NCBI GenBank assembly: GCA_002633005.1 | Contig: NMRA01000313.1 | Coordinates: 186,001 to 250,000 of the forward strand | Length of the DNA: 64,000 nucleotides | Source of the DNA: Phoronis australis | Taxonomy: Eukaryota; Animalia; Phoronida | Direction of reading: 5' to 3' | Part shown: positions 1 to 12,300 of the stretch, piece by piece | Numbering within the stretch: position 1 is the stretch's first letter | How the letters are laid out: each line of letters opens with the position of its first letter | Position numbers and translations under genes: made by a program | Notes under the pieces: model-generated | What the model saw: only the letters and a program-made list of their open reading frames with translations | Databases searched by the model: none | What the model was told of the DNA's origin: nothing

Positions 1-3000
1 GCACGTTGACGTAGGTGTTGTTGTTCTCTATGAACCGTGCCACAGTTTGATAGAGGAATTGGTATTGGCTCTGAAAAAAAGTACAGTCAAACATGTAGAT
101 AGGAACATCGCACCAACTCACAGTTACTCCAAAAACGGAAAAATAAGCCTTATGAATAATAATCATCTTTAATACCTTATTCAAAGCCAATGCCTAGATA
201 ATGATCCGACTCAGATGACCAGCCGAAATAAAACCATAAAGATAACATATATTTTTCAGAATTTAACATGACCAAATGGCTGATCAGTTACGGTACTTAT
301 GCACATAACATAGTTACCAAAGAATTGATGCATTGTGGACGATATTCTTTGATGTTTTGAACAGCTTGAAGCACGTCAACTCCGTTTCCTGACTGGATTT
401 TGTCGCAGGTTATTTTCAGCGCCAAGAACAGCCCACTTCTTTCCGCGCCGTTGCTGCAAATCAATGCAATGCATCTGTTAGCATCTTCGTAAATCATCGC
501 CAAAATCCGGTGTACTTGGCGAGTTACATTACTAGTAATCTATTGATGCGCATTTTTCAATCGTTTCTTAAGATTAACGTAGTCACGGGAACATATATTT
601 GCGGCCAATTAAGCAATACTGGGTAGGATGGGTAGAAATAGAAAGACAACATTTTGTTCTGCCACGGTTCTGAAAATATCTCGCCAGATAAAATGCCAAT
701 TGAAGTAAAGCAGTCGGCTAAATCTGTCACCTTGGTTACGAGCAGGTAATTGGGTTTTCTCCTAGGGAACCAATAGATATCATTGTACTTCAAATCTTGA
801 CAGTTTCTTCCAGAAGATTGCACACTTCCAACTTGACAGAAACATGTTCATATCTGTTTGTAATATACTAGTTCAGTTTCTTTTTGATAGCATTTGATTT
901 TGCGGTAATAACAAATCCCGCTGTTGTCTGAAGAAAAGAGCATAACTTCTGTAAGTCAAGATATCATGAGGATATAAAACCCTACATCGAAATGAACAAA
1001 TTTTTCATTGTAATCTATGTGGATAGTAAAGTAAATCCCCAGAAGTCATCAACATAAAATCAAAGATTACATGTACTTGATAGTCAATAAGCGACTTTAT
1101 ACCACAATATTGGCGTCAAATGGCAGATACAACCGTGTAATAACCCATAAAGTTATCTCACTAGTGAGATAACGATTTGGCGGGAAACCGAGGACGGAGT
1201 CGAACCCGGGACCTTGAGTTTGCTAGTCGCCGACCTTAACCACTACACCACGCAGCAGCTGACGTCATCAAACGTGAAAATAGAATACTTAAATGAGCAC
1301 GCGCAATAATCGCACGTTCAACAAACCGCATTGTACTGTACGTATACGCTACGGAAAATAAGACACATAATTTCCATAAAAATGATATCTTAATTCAATG
1401 AAATATTTCTCTCATGTCCTCTTACTTGTAAATCACCGATCTCCAGTTTGAATGCGGGGATCGTGTCGTCAGGATCTTTGGCTTGAAAATTATATTCAGT
1501 TACCAGTGGTAACCTACTTTAGCAGACGATAATTTCCCGGTCGAAGCTTAGCGTGAAAAAATCGTGTTTTAAGCTATAATAGTTGGTAAACGTTAATTTA
1601 TAAATTCAGTTTATTTCTATTATATTTAAGTTTTCAATTGGTTTTGAGTAAAAGCATTATTTGACAAAAATAGCCCGGCTTTTCTTAAAAGGTCACGACC
1701 TCCGACCCCGGGCCTCTGACATAGAAAGTAGTTACAAAGCCGTGGAGAGTCAGAAAAGGTAAATCGATTCATTGCAATGTTTCTCGTTTAGTATGTGGTA
1801 TAAATAGATTATTACATGTTCTCAGCCGTTATCCCCCTTATCTAGAGCCCTCGTGGATTTTGGAGAATTATCACCCTCGGGGCTAACGCCCCTCGGGCGA
1901 TAATTCNTATAAATTCAGTTTATTTCTATTATATTTAAGTTTTCAATTGGTTTTGAGTAAAAGCATTATTTGACAAAAATAGCCTGGCTTTTCTTAAAAG
2001 GTCACGACCTCCGACCCCGGGCCTCTGACCTAGAAAGTAGTTACAAAGCCGTGGAGAGTCAGAAAAGGTAAATGGATTCATTGCAATGTTTCTCGTTTAG
2101 TATGTGGTATAAGTAGTAACGCCCCTCGGGCGATAATTCTCCAAAATCCACTCGGGCTCTAGATAACGGGGGATAACGACTTCGCCATGTAATAATCTAT
2201 ATATATACAACAGTGTAAATTTGACGCAATTTCAATGTTTTCGAAGGGAGTTAACTACATGTAAACACTAATTGTAAATAGCTCTCAAAAGCAGTGATTT
2301 GACAATTTTTTCAACACACCACTTCTTATCAGTTAACGACAAAAGCCCAGAGAAACAACAAACATATACGGACAAAGTACTCGAAAAATAATCTTACAGA
2401 CAATGCACAACAACGCGTTTTGCTCTTTTTGTCTCGATCTGCATATTGACTTCTTGCAATAAGTCAATCAGGTCACCGAGACTCTTGGGTAATGCGTCAG
2501 TCTTTGGCCAAGTGGTCATTTGAATATGGCTCACAATTCTGGCACTTTGAACACCAGGTGAAACCTGAAATGAAACGATGTTCTGCTAACAGCGAATATC
2601 GGACACCAAATTCATGTTGACCAATAGTGACGATTAGTTGGTTGTTGAACATATCTTTGACACACTGAATGAAGTTCCAACACCATCTTTGTCATTTGAG
2701 TAGGAGCTTCTGTGCCTAGATACTCCTGCAACGAATTTTCTAAATATTGTTTGAGCGGATAAAGTGCAATGTAATTGCTTTATTTCTATGAATTGCAGCT
2801 TTTCCTATAGTCCTTCCCGTGAGGCAACACGCACCGATGAGTTCATGACGAGGACAAATAATTAGGACAAAGTCAGTTTAAAAAGCCTTGCTTACGTGCC
2901 GCAGTCTGAATTCTGTCACTCTAAAACAGGTACCGTTCACGTCAGACACACATTCAACAAGGAATGGCCCATAGTTGTCCCTTTTCAGTGGCCAGTATCG

Positions 3001-4645
3001 AACACAAGTCTGAAAATTTACTAGCAAAGTCAGTAACGTAAAGCTAAAGAGAACGTGTAAAATAATATACGGTATATCAATTGAACACGGTTTCAAACTT
3101 TGACCAACGACCGTCAACCCTGTGTTCTCAAGACGTAATTCTACATGTATATACAGTTTCAACAAATGAAAACAGTTTGTTTGAAAAGGCAGAAATGTTT
3201 AAGTTTATACAGATAGTCATTATAGCTACGTATAGTATGAGTAAGACAAAGTAATACAAGTACAGAACCACCCATAACACTGGAAAGGGCACCAGTCACA
3301 CACCTTATCATTCCTGTCAAGTTCATTCAGCATAACAATGATGTCACTATGGTGATCATATACCATTCTCCAGAAATCAATGACATCATCAGGATATGGC
3401 ATCTGTGTAACTATGAACTTTTCCTGAAATACACCAACATGTACCACGACAGTATCCACTATTGCTCCAAAACATTAAGCGTGACAACTTCCTCGCCAAC
3501 ATGCTTGAACAGCATTAAGCGTTGATCAACGTACCCTATCACTTGGTGTCATCTGCCGGTAGCTCTGCCAGCTTTGTGGATTTTCCAATCGGTAGGCCTA
3601 TGTTTTGTCTATGAAAAAGAAAGGAACAGAAACACAAGCTTTTTCCTAGAGAACACCCGATACATGCCAGTGACTGATTCACTGGTGAATACCTTGTCAT
3701 AAACAGCTCAAGTTTCACGAGCATTTCCTAGTCAGCGTGTACTCTTAACTTCCTGTATTATAGTATTCAGTCGCTCAACTAAGATTAACCGTTCATCTAA
3801 ACTTACCCCAACAAATGTTGCGTTAATGTAATCTCCTCTTTCGCCACACTGGCTCTTGAGAACAGGACGATTTGGATTGCCTAAGATAAATTTAAGCAAT
3901 TTGAAGAACTACATCGTGAAAGGACTAAAGGCACGAAGGACAGGGCTTACGCGCATAGAATGTTTTCGCGTGTGAAGCGTATGGCACGAAAAATAAACCT
4001 TACGACAAACAAACGAATGAGTTCCTTTCTCCCTCCCCCTCTCCCACTCCCTCTCCCTCCCTGTCTCCCTCTCTGTCTCTCTCTCTCCCTCTCTCTTCCT
4101 TCCTACCTTCCTACCTGCACGGCTCACCCCCGCCCAAACCCGTCGGAGCCTAATATAATTTTTGCCTACACTTCACATGAAATTGCCGACTGCACTTACG
4201 ATGGGGCCAATGGCTATGTGCCTTCATGTGAAACAATCGATTGACAAAAGATTAGTTTAAAAACACATCATTTCGGCCCTAGTCGCAAGGTCTGAAGTAG
4301 AAGCACATTGCCTTGATGATTTCTGCCAAATTGGCCGTCACTACCTTTATGTGTCGGCATGTTGGGGTAAATCGTTTCATCCCATAGTCACGTTACAAGA
4401 TTCTGGAGACTTTGTAATTAGTTTTAGATTTTTCCGAACTTTTGCCAGAGTTGACGAGGGTAACAAAACATAATTTATGTGCTTTAAAGTTCTTCACAGT
4501 TGTAAAATATTTATTTAGTTCATACACGATACAAGGTTAAAATGACTTTTATAACACACGTACTTGGAATGATGGCGTTATCACGGTTCTTTCTGACATT
4601 GCATTTTTTCAAGCCATCCAATGGGTCTTGTTGTGGTCCAAGAAT
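1..4645 (-). CDS. Receptor-type protein tyrosine phosphatase, membrane-distal (D2-type) PTP domain; partial (runs off the window start, upstream exons not found)
   Basis: GT-AG exons in frame: 4564-4645 (ILGPQQDPLDGLKKCNVRKNRDNAIIP), 3807-3880 (NPNRPVLKSQCGERGDYINATFVG), possible microexon 3535-3552, 3304-3423 (EKFIVTQMPYPDDVIDFWRMVYDH), 2896-3009 (TCVRYWP), 2398-2564 (TWPK...RVVVHC), 318-453 (NGAERSGLFLA...VDVLQAVQNIKEYRPQCINSL), 1-70 (SQYQFLYQTVARFIE). PTP motifs KNR, DYINA, FIVTQ, DFWRMV, YWP, HCLNGAERSG and QYQFLY occur in order. Confidence 0.93.
1178..1260 (-). mobile_element. tRNA-derived SINE head or tRNA pseudogene
   Basis: The minus strand reads gcgTGGTGTAGTGGttaagg...ccgGGTTCGACTCCgtcc, i.e. 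Pol III A and B boxes at tRNA spacing. The acceptor stem does not pair, so it is not a functional tRNA. Confidence 0.65.
1599..2112 (+). repeat. 205-bp direct duplication (1599-1803 and 1908-2112) around an N; probable haplotype/assembly duplication
   Basis: The two copies differ at about 3 positions and the second starts immediately after the N at 1907. Confidence 0.85.
1804..2200. mobile_element. Palindromic MITE, interrupted by the duplicated segment
   Basis: Terminal inverted repeat atagattattacatg (1804) / catgtaataatctat (2200). Internal arms tatctagagccc..gtggattttggagaattatc and gataattctccaaaatccac..gggctctagata are reverse complements. Confidence 0.75.
4025..4112. repeat. CT-rich low-complexity microsatellite
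   Basis: Imperfect (CT)n/(CCCT)n tract. Confidence 0.85.
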
Positions 4646-5830
4646 CTGCAAATTGAACTACACGTTGTAAAACAGCTCTACTGCCTTTTCGTCAGAAAAT
4701 AATCCTGCATACGTTTGAATAAATGTATGAGTTCACATGATGCCTCAGATCCCAAAAAGGAATCTCAAATTGAAAATAATGAGTCACCTGGAAAAAAGGA
4801 GTGTCCACCAGCTACACCGATACTCTAGGCTCCTGCTAGACTTTTAAAAGTATTAGCCAAAATGGCTAAAGCATCTGAAAACTTTTAGTCATTTTCAATT
4901 TATTAGCTAATACTTTGATTCTCTTTTCCCAACCCCCGCAATTGGTAAAAACACAGTTACACGGACTGAACTTTTTATTTTTCATGTAATGCACATGCTC
5001 TTTTCATAAATGAAATAAAAAGACTTTTGCCTCATGAAAAAACAAATGATCAACATTCCAAGGTCATATTGCGACCTAATAAATCATGGATTTCATTATG
5101 ACCTAATGCACAGGATTTCCCCTGTACCCGATTTACTGTGTGTGTACACTGACTACATGGGCATTTAAAAGATATTGGCCTTAAGAATAATTGGGTAGGA
5201 GTCCGCCCTATCGCCGGGTTACGGCGGTGGAAGGCCGGCCACATGGTCACTTTAGTGACGTTGACATACAAAAATCTGTGCAGGGATCCCCCTATCCCTG
5301 GGTTACTGCGGGACCACAGTGTACACCAGTCAACGTGGGCATTTTGATGAGCAAGACAGGTTCAAAAACGTAAACATATCTTGTGACTTGCAAAATAAAG
5401 CTGAATTGTGGAGAATATTTACTCAATAAGGAAAATTGGCATTTACTTTACCTTACTTTCTCTGCAGCCGCCGAAATGCAAAAGCGCCCGAGTCTCTCAA
5501 TAACTTTTTCAAGGCCCTCAATCCCTTGATTTTGGGGCTGAGTATCGGACCCCATTCCCCTCCAAAAGATATTGAAAAATCACGCGAAATTCCCCTTATG
5601 AGACCCAAAATTTCCACTCGAGGTTCGAATAATATGTTACTCATGCAGGTCACTATTTGAAAGAGCACTAAATGTTACTTTTGGCTACTTGAGGCAGAGC
5701 CTTTGAGGGTTTGCAACAGGGTGGCTGGTGCTATTGATGGTGATTCGGAGGTAGAATTTTCCAATTCCCCCAAAAGAATTCACTCTCAAAAGGCACAGGC
5801 ACCTTTCATCTTGGATAATCGAGCGCCCCT

Positions 5831-5941
5831 GTTTTACACTTGCGACATTTAGAGAGCTGACTGGGTGTTACATGTGACGTATTTTAATTTAAAAATATAC
5901 AACAAACTCGTTCTTCCCGGCGTCGTCTGCGCCTTTTACTC
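5831..5941 (+). repeat. Interspersed repeat fragment, also present at about 52047-52154
   Basis: ttttacacttgcgacatttag.gagctgact...catgtgacgtatttt...ctcgttcttcc.gg.gtcgtctgcg..ttttact is shared between the two loci. Confidence 0.75.
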
Positions 5942-7143
5942 CTTGTCAAATCTCAAACAATAATTGACACGACAAATTTTGCACTGAAATTTGGTAAAGT
6001 TTGTAATGCATTAGGAGAGATTCGTGTAATATGAAAGTCATAAATTTAAAGCTTGAGTTCATATTTCATGTCATATGCAGACGACAAGCGGGAGCTCGCT
6101 CTGAAGCGAGAAACTGCCATTACCAAGAACGCTGACCCCTCCCCCCTTTACACATTTCGTCTCTGTAATAAAGTGATTTCAGGAGTGACGGACATGAAAT
6201 GGAACATTCGTTTGTTATTTTTAGGTTTCCCGAATATAATCTTTATTGTCAAGTTGCGAAAGCATTCGAGAAGTTGGCGAATGGACTTAGCTCTACCGAC
6301 GCGAGTGCCGCACTGAATTCGCCAAGCGCGAGCCTAGATACTGGTGAACAGCATACATGTGTGTGACCGAGGAGTAAATAAATGACATTTAGTGTACGCT
6401 CGCCAGAAAAACTCAATAGCATAGAGAGTGATCGCGAACATTTAGCTTCTAGCATTTTTATTTTTAGAAGCTCAGAAAACAGAAAATATTCCTCTTTTCA
6501 TGACGTTATAATAAGACCTCACATCAGTATTTTTCTTACGTTGAATTCATCCTTGTACGCGTTTTTGCCCATTTTGTTCATTTCAGCAACAAACTCTAAA
6601 AACTGCACACTACTCCTAGCCACTGAAGTATTATGTAGTGATTCATAAGCGCCTGGCCATTATCTGAGGCTGCTTCAGTCGCGTGTTCGTAGACGTTCAG
6701 ATTCCCATTCAAACGACTATTTTCACCGAGTAATATTAAACAGTATGTTTCTAGGAGTGTTCATAACTATCCTATAATTAGATCAAAGGCGCAAAAAAAT
6801 AAAACAGCCGAGCGCAGGGAAATGCCGAGTTTATTAATTAACCCCGGTAATCAAAATTATACGGATGAAACAAGATTTAAATGTGTGCAGTTTTAGTGTT
6901 TGAGGAGGGGGGGGGGGGGGCNAATCGAAGCCATAGTGACTCACTCAGAAACTCATAATTATCTCTTTGTCAAACCTTACTTAAGACAATTTCGAAAGCA
7001 ATCTCGTCCTTGCCAACACGAAAAACGGATTTGGTCTTTTGGGCATTTGAAGACTATTTTAAATACTATTTTAAATACACCAAATTTGTTAAGAACCGAT
7101 TGCACAAAATATAAAACGTGTAATAAGCATTACAAAAAGAAGC

Positions 7144-7462
7144 AGGTTTCGCGCGCAAACGCTGTGGACCATAAACAAGTGGGTCCCTTAGTACAAGACA
7201 AGTAGTTAAATCGTGGTCGTGTAGTGGTACAGCACGCGCGCTCTATCCGTCAGGTCTTGAGTTCGAGTCTGTGGTGCTTGTAGTTTTTCCTGTTTGACAT
7301 GTTCTCCTTTTTTGCTATTTTTCTTGGATAATACTCCAGGAATCAAGGAAAATGCTTGATTTTTGGAGAAAAAAAGAGAATTTAAATTTCCAGGGCGAGA
7401 GGGGGTTTGCTTACGGCCGGAAAAAATGTTGGGCCCCCTTGTGATTTCCTAGATCCGCCACT
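7144..7462 (+). mobile_element. Non-autonomous element with an internal tRNA-like Pol III promoter; related copy at 53553-53700
   Basis: A-box-like gtcgtgtagtgg (~7216) and B box gagttcgagtc (7259-7269), preceded by aggtttcgcgcgcaaacgctgt. A transposon-terminus-like ctagatccgccact lies at ~7449-7462. Confidence 0.5.
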
Positions 7463-9397
7463 CTAGATTATTGACCAATGACAGCCAGGATGTTGAATGC
7501 ACGGTACCACAAGAAATAATTTAAGTAACTAATAGTGAATAAATAAAAAATAATGATAATAATAATCATATTTACTACTACTATTTACTTAATATTTTTA
7601 TTATAGTGTTATATTATCATACATTTATTTAATCTATACTATTTATCTTTTAGATCTGAATGTTTTGAGACTTACAGAGGCATGGAATGCAAAAGCTCAT
7701 CAGAAATATCTTTTAAAAAATCCTGACAATAGAATGTCTCGTCCATAGACACTTGACGTCTATATGGTCCATGAAACAAAAATGTCAGCCAGTGACCGAT
7801 TTTAATACAAATTTTTACTAATCTGTTGTCAATTGGATCTCTAGGATACCATGTCTTTCAGTAATCAATTTAACAAACAGAAATTTATTTAAGTTACAAT
7901 GATAGCAAAACAAAGGTACATGATCAAATTTTATTTGATATAAATGTTCAAGATGGCATCTCAAAAATGCTGTTACAGTTTGATCCTAAAATATCGTTTT
8001 GTTTTTGTTTTATGCAACTTCAAATTTCAAAAAATCATGAGTCATATTTTTATAGCCCTCATGCACAAGCGGAACTTTTCAAAAACAACTTCTAAGAGCA
8101 TTTTGTAGAACAGTGTACAAAGCATACATGTACTACCTGAGAGTTTCATGTGAATCCAATGTGCCATTTCCCACAATGATGTTCTTAAGTTAGCAAAATT
8201 TGGAAATTTTTCTAGGGTCCTAAATAACAATAACCGAAGCACCTTAGGGTTTAAAATCAACATCATCCTCGTATGACATTTATTTGCTGACCAATGAGCC
8301 AGCAACTCAAGTCAAAAGCAACACCTTCATGCATCTTTTTTGAATTCGTAATTTTAGGGTTTGCCATACCCAATGCAATCCGTCTTCTTGAGTTGCTGAA
8401 GGAAATCCAGTCCTATCATGGTAAAGAATGTTATGAGAAGAATTTTACGAGTTTAATGCAGTATTCAACGGATCTTTCAAAAATGCCGACTTTCCCCTAT
8501 TAATAAATGATTTCTGGAAATAGTCGCTTACCTGCACAGGGTTCCGAATTTTGTGAACCAGAATTTCAAGAACTCGTTTTCTGCACTAAATAATGGGCAT
8601 CAAACTGGTTCTCAAAATTTGGGACCCCAATAAAGTCACTACAGCTCAATTTCTACTGAAAATTTACAAAGCTTTTTTTCACCTACAGTGGCCGTTTTTC
8701 CCGCTACCAGCCAGATGTACGCTCTCAAAATTTCTATAACCATGGATAAGCCATACTGGAGTACCGAGTAGTCAAAATAATTCACCAAAAGGTCAAAGGT
8801 GAGAGAGCTACTCAGCCAGGAAACACATTGACTTGCAGGGTTGCATAGTCTGCACTGGGCAGGGAGGCCATGGACTTCTAGCACCCTCTGTTGTCTATAC
8901 CAGTGATGACTCCCTAGCAATGACCTCCAAGAAAAGAATCCTACGTCAAAAGTCATAGGTCGAGACTGGGCATCTCCACCAGTTTGCTAAACCTTAAACT
9001 AAGCCGCTATCTTCAAAAAACCATCCAACGGTAGGAATATTACGTGCTTTGTGGATGTAGCAGGTTACTGATGTTACAGACTGAGCTAGCTTGACTAACT
9101 GGTTTATCTACAGTCTGCAGTCAACACTGTGGCCAGCATTAAATAGTCCACCAGTATTCTGCTTCTCATTAATGCTGCTGGGTGTGCAACATAAGGGGTC
9201 AATTACCAAGGGTCATGAACCATCAGGCAGCAGTTGGAAACTGAGGAAAGCCAAGTGTCATATTTGAAGACCCTCTTGGAAAGCAGTGCTATCACTGAAG
9301 AGGCCACCCTCATTTTAAATATCACAATAATAAATAAATAAATAAACAAGTTTTGGCATGCTATTGAGACAAAACATTTATTTACTGAAGGTGAGAT

Positions 9398-12300
9398 TCA
9401 ACTATTCTGACCTTCATCACTATCGGAGGAGTCATAGTCAAGCCCGAGAATATTTCCCGATAAAGTCCGATTTTTTGATGACGCATTGAAATCCAGAGGC
9501 AGATCATTGCAGGCACCAGACTCCCCAATTACATCAACTGCGAGTGTTTTTGTGATCCTAAAACCTCTTTTCTGTAGAATAGGGGTTTTAATCTTCTTAA
9601 CCTCAGAAGTGGTCAATACAGAGACATTAACAGATTGGTCTATCCTATCTTTGGTGGAATTTTTACAATCACTACTCAACGCACAAACAAACACTTTGTC
9701 TATTTCATTGCACAATTCACTTCCTTTTCCCACAGTTGGTGTTTCACCATCAGATGTCCTGGTTTGATCATCATTGCACTCTAATTTCTGTCTCTTGGCT
9801 GATGAAGATTGATAGCTGCGCTCAGTCCATGGGGTGATATGTTCGTTATTCAGCCCATCATCTTTGTTCAGGGACTTGAACTTTTTCAAAAATGCACTGT
9901 ACTCTCTTTGAAGTCTCCTGACTTCATTTCTGTAGAGCTCAATCTTTTCCGGTGTGTAACAGACTACCTGAGATTGCTGAAAACATAGAACACGCCACCT
10001 TTATTTCAAAATTAACATACAAACTGCATTGCAGTTTTATTCAACAAAATTTAAATACAAAACCATTTCTGCATTTGTGTCACACTGAACTCCCACACTG
10101 ACACTAATTAAAACAAGAGATACACCAAGAGTTAACTGTGTGCACCATATATAGCACAGATTGTTTTAATAATTCCCACTAATCAGAGCAATAAAAATTG
10201 ACTAAAAATACATTCTAGGAGGTAAAAGCAAGTAAGCAATGAGCTCTTCAACAGGAACACACTGCCCTCATCAATATTCAAACAAGACAGGTGCTATCAC
10301 CTACATGATGGAAACTCATTTGGCAATTTTTATAGACATCCATCAAGGATATCAAGGCAAAGGCAAAGATAAACAAAGAATGCTGCAAGGGGACACTTAC
10401 GTACTCGTATTTGACCCCAAATCCACATCATTTGTACCTTCCCCAATAGAAACACATGCCAACTTTCATGAAGCTACATCAAGAGACTTTATAGAACCGC
10501 AGCTAAAAAACAAATTGCCACAAGAAGGCGCAACAGCAGCTGTACTATCCAAAAAGCTTGCCATGCACTTCCCATATGAATACATACGCCAATTCTCACA
10601 ACGATACTTACAGTTTTGGCTGATAGGCAGAGGTACATCAAAAAACAAACTTGAGAATAACCTCGGAGGGTCACTCATATTGACATCATGCTCGCAAGCA
10701 TATACCAAAAAGCGCGGGTACTTCTTCAGCAACAGGCCCCTAAATTTCCATTTCGTTCCCGCAAAAGGCCATGACAAATGCATGGGCCTCAGACCCACAA
10801 AACATGCACTGGCCGTCTTACTACAGAAAAATCTACCCCGCAAAAAAGGGGGTGGGCATTAGCAGACCTGACACCAGCAACAGGGGCTCTCTCAGCAATT
10901 TTTGGTACACCCCTGAGGGCACCTTGTCAATATGAGTCACACCCTTGGCAGAATAACACACCTTATTCATGTCGTCGCCATATTACAAAGAGCCTCCTTT
11001 TAGGTTTTAAAAAACGATGCATTCTGCACCTAATCACAAAATGTGAGTGCCTACAGTTGTTATATTTATGTCTGAAATGCTTTTTTTAAGCCTAAAGTGC
11101 CTTTTTTAAAATGGTGACTGCGTGAATAAGGTCTAAAAGATGTCCACTATGTGGCGTATACATTGAATCTATTCTGCAAAGAAACTGCTATAAATTGCCC
11201 CCTTTAATAGAAAGCGTTTTCCCAGGGGCTGGGAGATAGTAGTAGATGTAAAAAAAGAACTGCACCAGGCGCTGCCCAGAAGCTTAATTTGTTAAAACCA
11301 CTGTTCTTTCCAGTAGAAAATCATAGGGGTAATTTTTATGAAGTGGTTAGGCCAATACAGAGGCACAGAATACATCGAATCCATCCCAAAACAGAATGAC
11401 ATCACCATCATCATCTTAACAGATACTCATTTGCCAAATTTTTGAAAATCCATCGAGGACCTACCGTGATAAAATGGCAAACAAACACTGAAATTGCCGT
11501 TAAAGAGCACTGCGGTAGTCAGATCAAATCTTGCCATTCTATCCCTACCAGAAATGTACCTGCAAAATTTCACGGACATCCATCTGGTGGTTTTGGAAAT
11601 GTAGCAGCAGACGCCAGACAGATGGCTGTATAATACACTCACATTTAATCATATTATGTGCCTGGGTACATATTAAAAGAACCTTTTTCAGAAACAGGTC
11701 ATTGTTGCTCATGTTAATAGGGAGAATACAGTTGCACTAATTTAACAGAGAGCCAAACGATTTTAGTAAACCAATGAGGCATATTGCATACTAATATACA
11801 TGTACAATGATCTGTCCACACATAAGAGGAGCTTCAGACAAGACCAACAACGCTCTCCGAATGCCGTTTTTATGCAGTATACAGACATTTCCCTAAAAAA
11901 TTACGGTTTGCCCCCCCCCACCCCCCCCTAAGATGCACTAGTGCCACCAGTGCTGATGTGGATGTCTTGACTAGGAAATGCTACACCTCCATAGAATGGT
12001 AATTATTCGGCAGCTATTTCACAAAAATAATATTGCCAAAATTGACACTTTCGATCTTTCAAAGGCTCGTTACAACTTACAAATTCAAAAATTGCTTCGT
12101 CAATATTTACATGATACAAACTATGCTATCAACAACATAGAAATGTTGTAATGTTGACTTCATATTTGTTCAGAAATTTGCCAAAATGAAATTTAATTTT
12201 TCAGGCATACATGTATCGTGTGCTCAATAACTGAAGATACTGACAAGCATAATGTCTAAACACTCACCATACCTTTAAGTTTATGTCAATGTCCCTAACA

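Noticed and set aside
1178-1260. Functional tRNA genes here and at 7210, 17640, 44035 and 53620
   Set aside because: A and B boxes are present but acceptor and anticodon stems do not pair.
6053-6316. Possible LINE reverse-transcriptase relic
   Set aside because: Only a superficial resemblance (YADD-like); the flanking RT motifs are absent.
10239-10862. Longest ORF in the track (207 aa, plus strand) inside Isy1-like intron 3
   Set aside because: No recognisable domain and overlapping ORFs on both strands; probably chance or repeat-derived.
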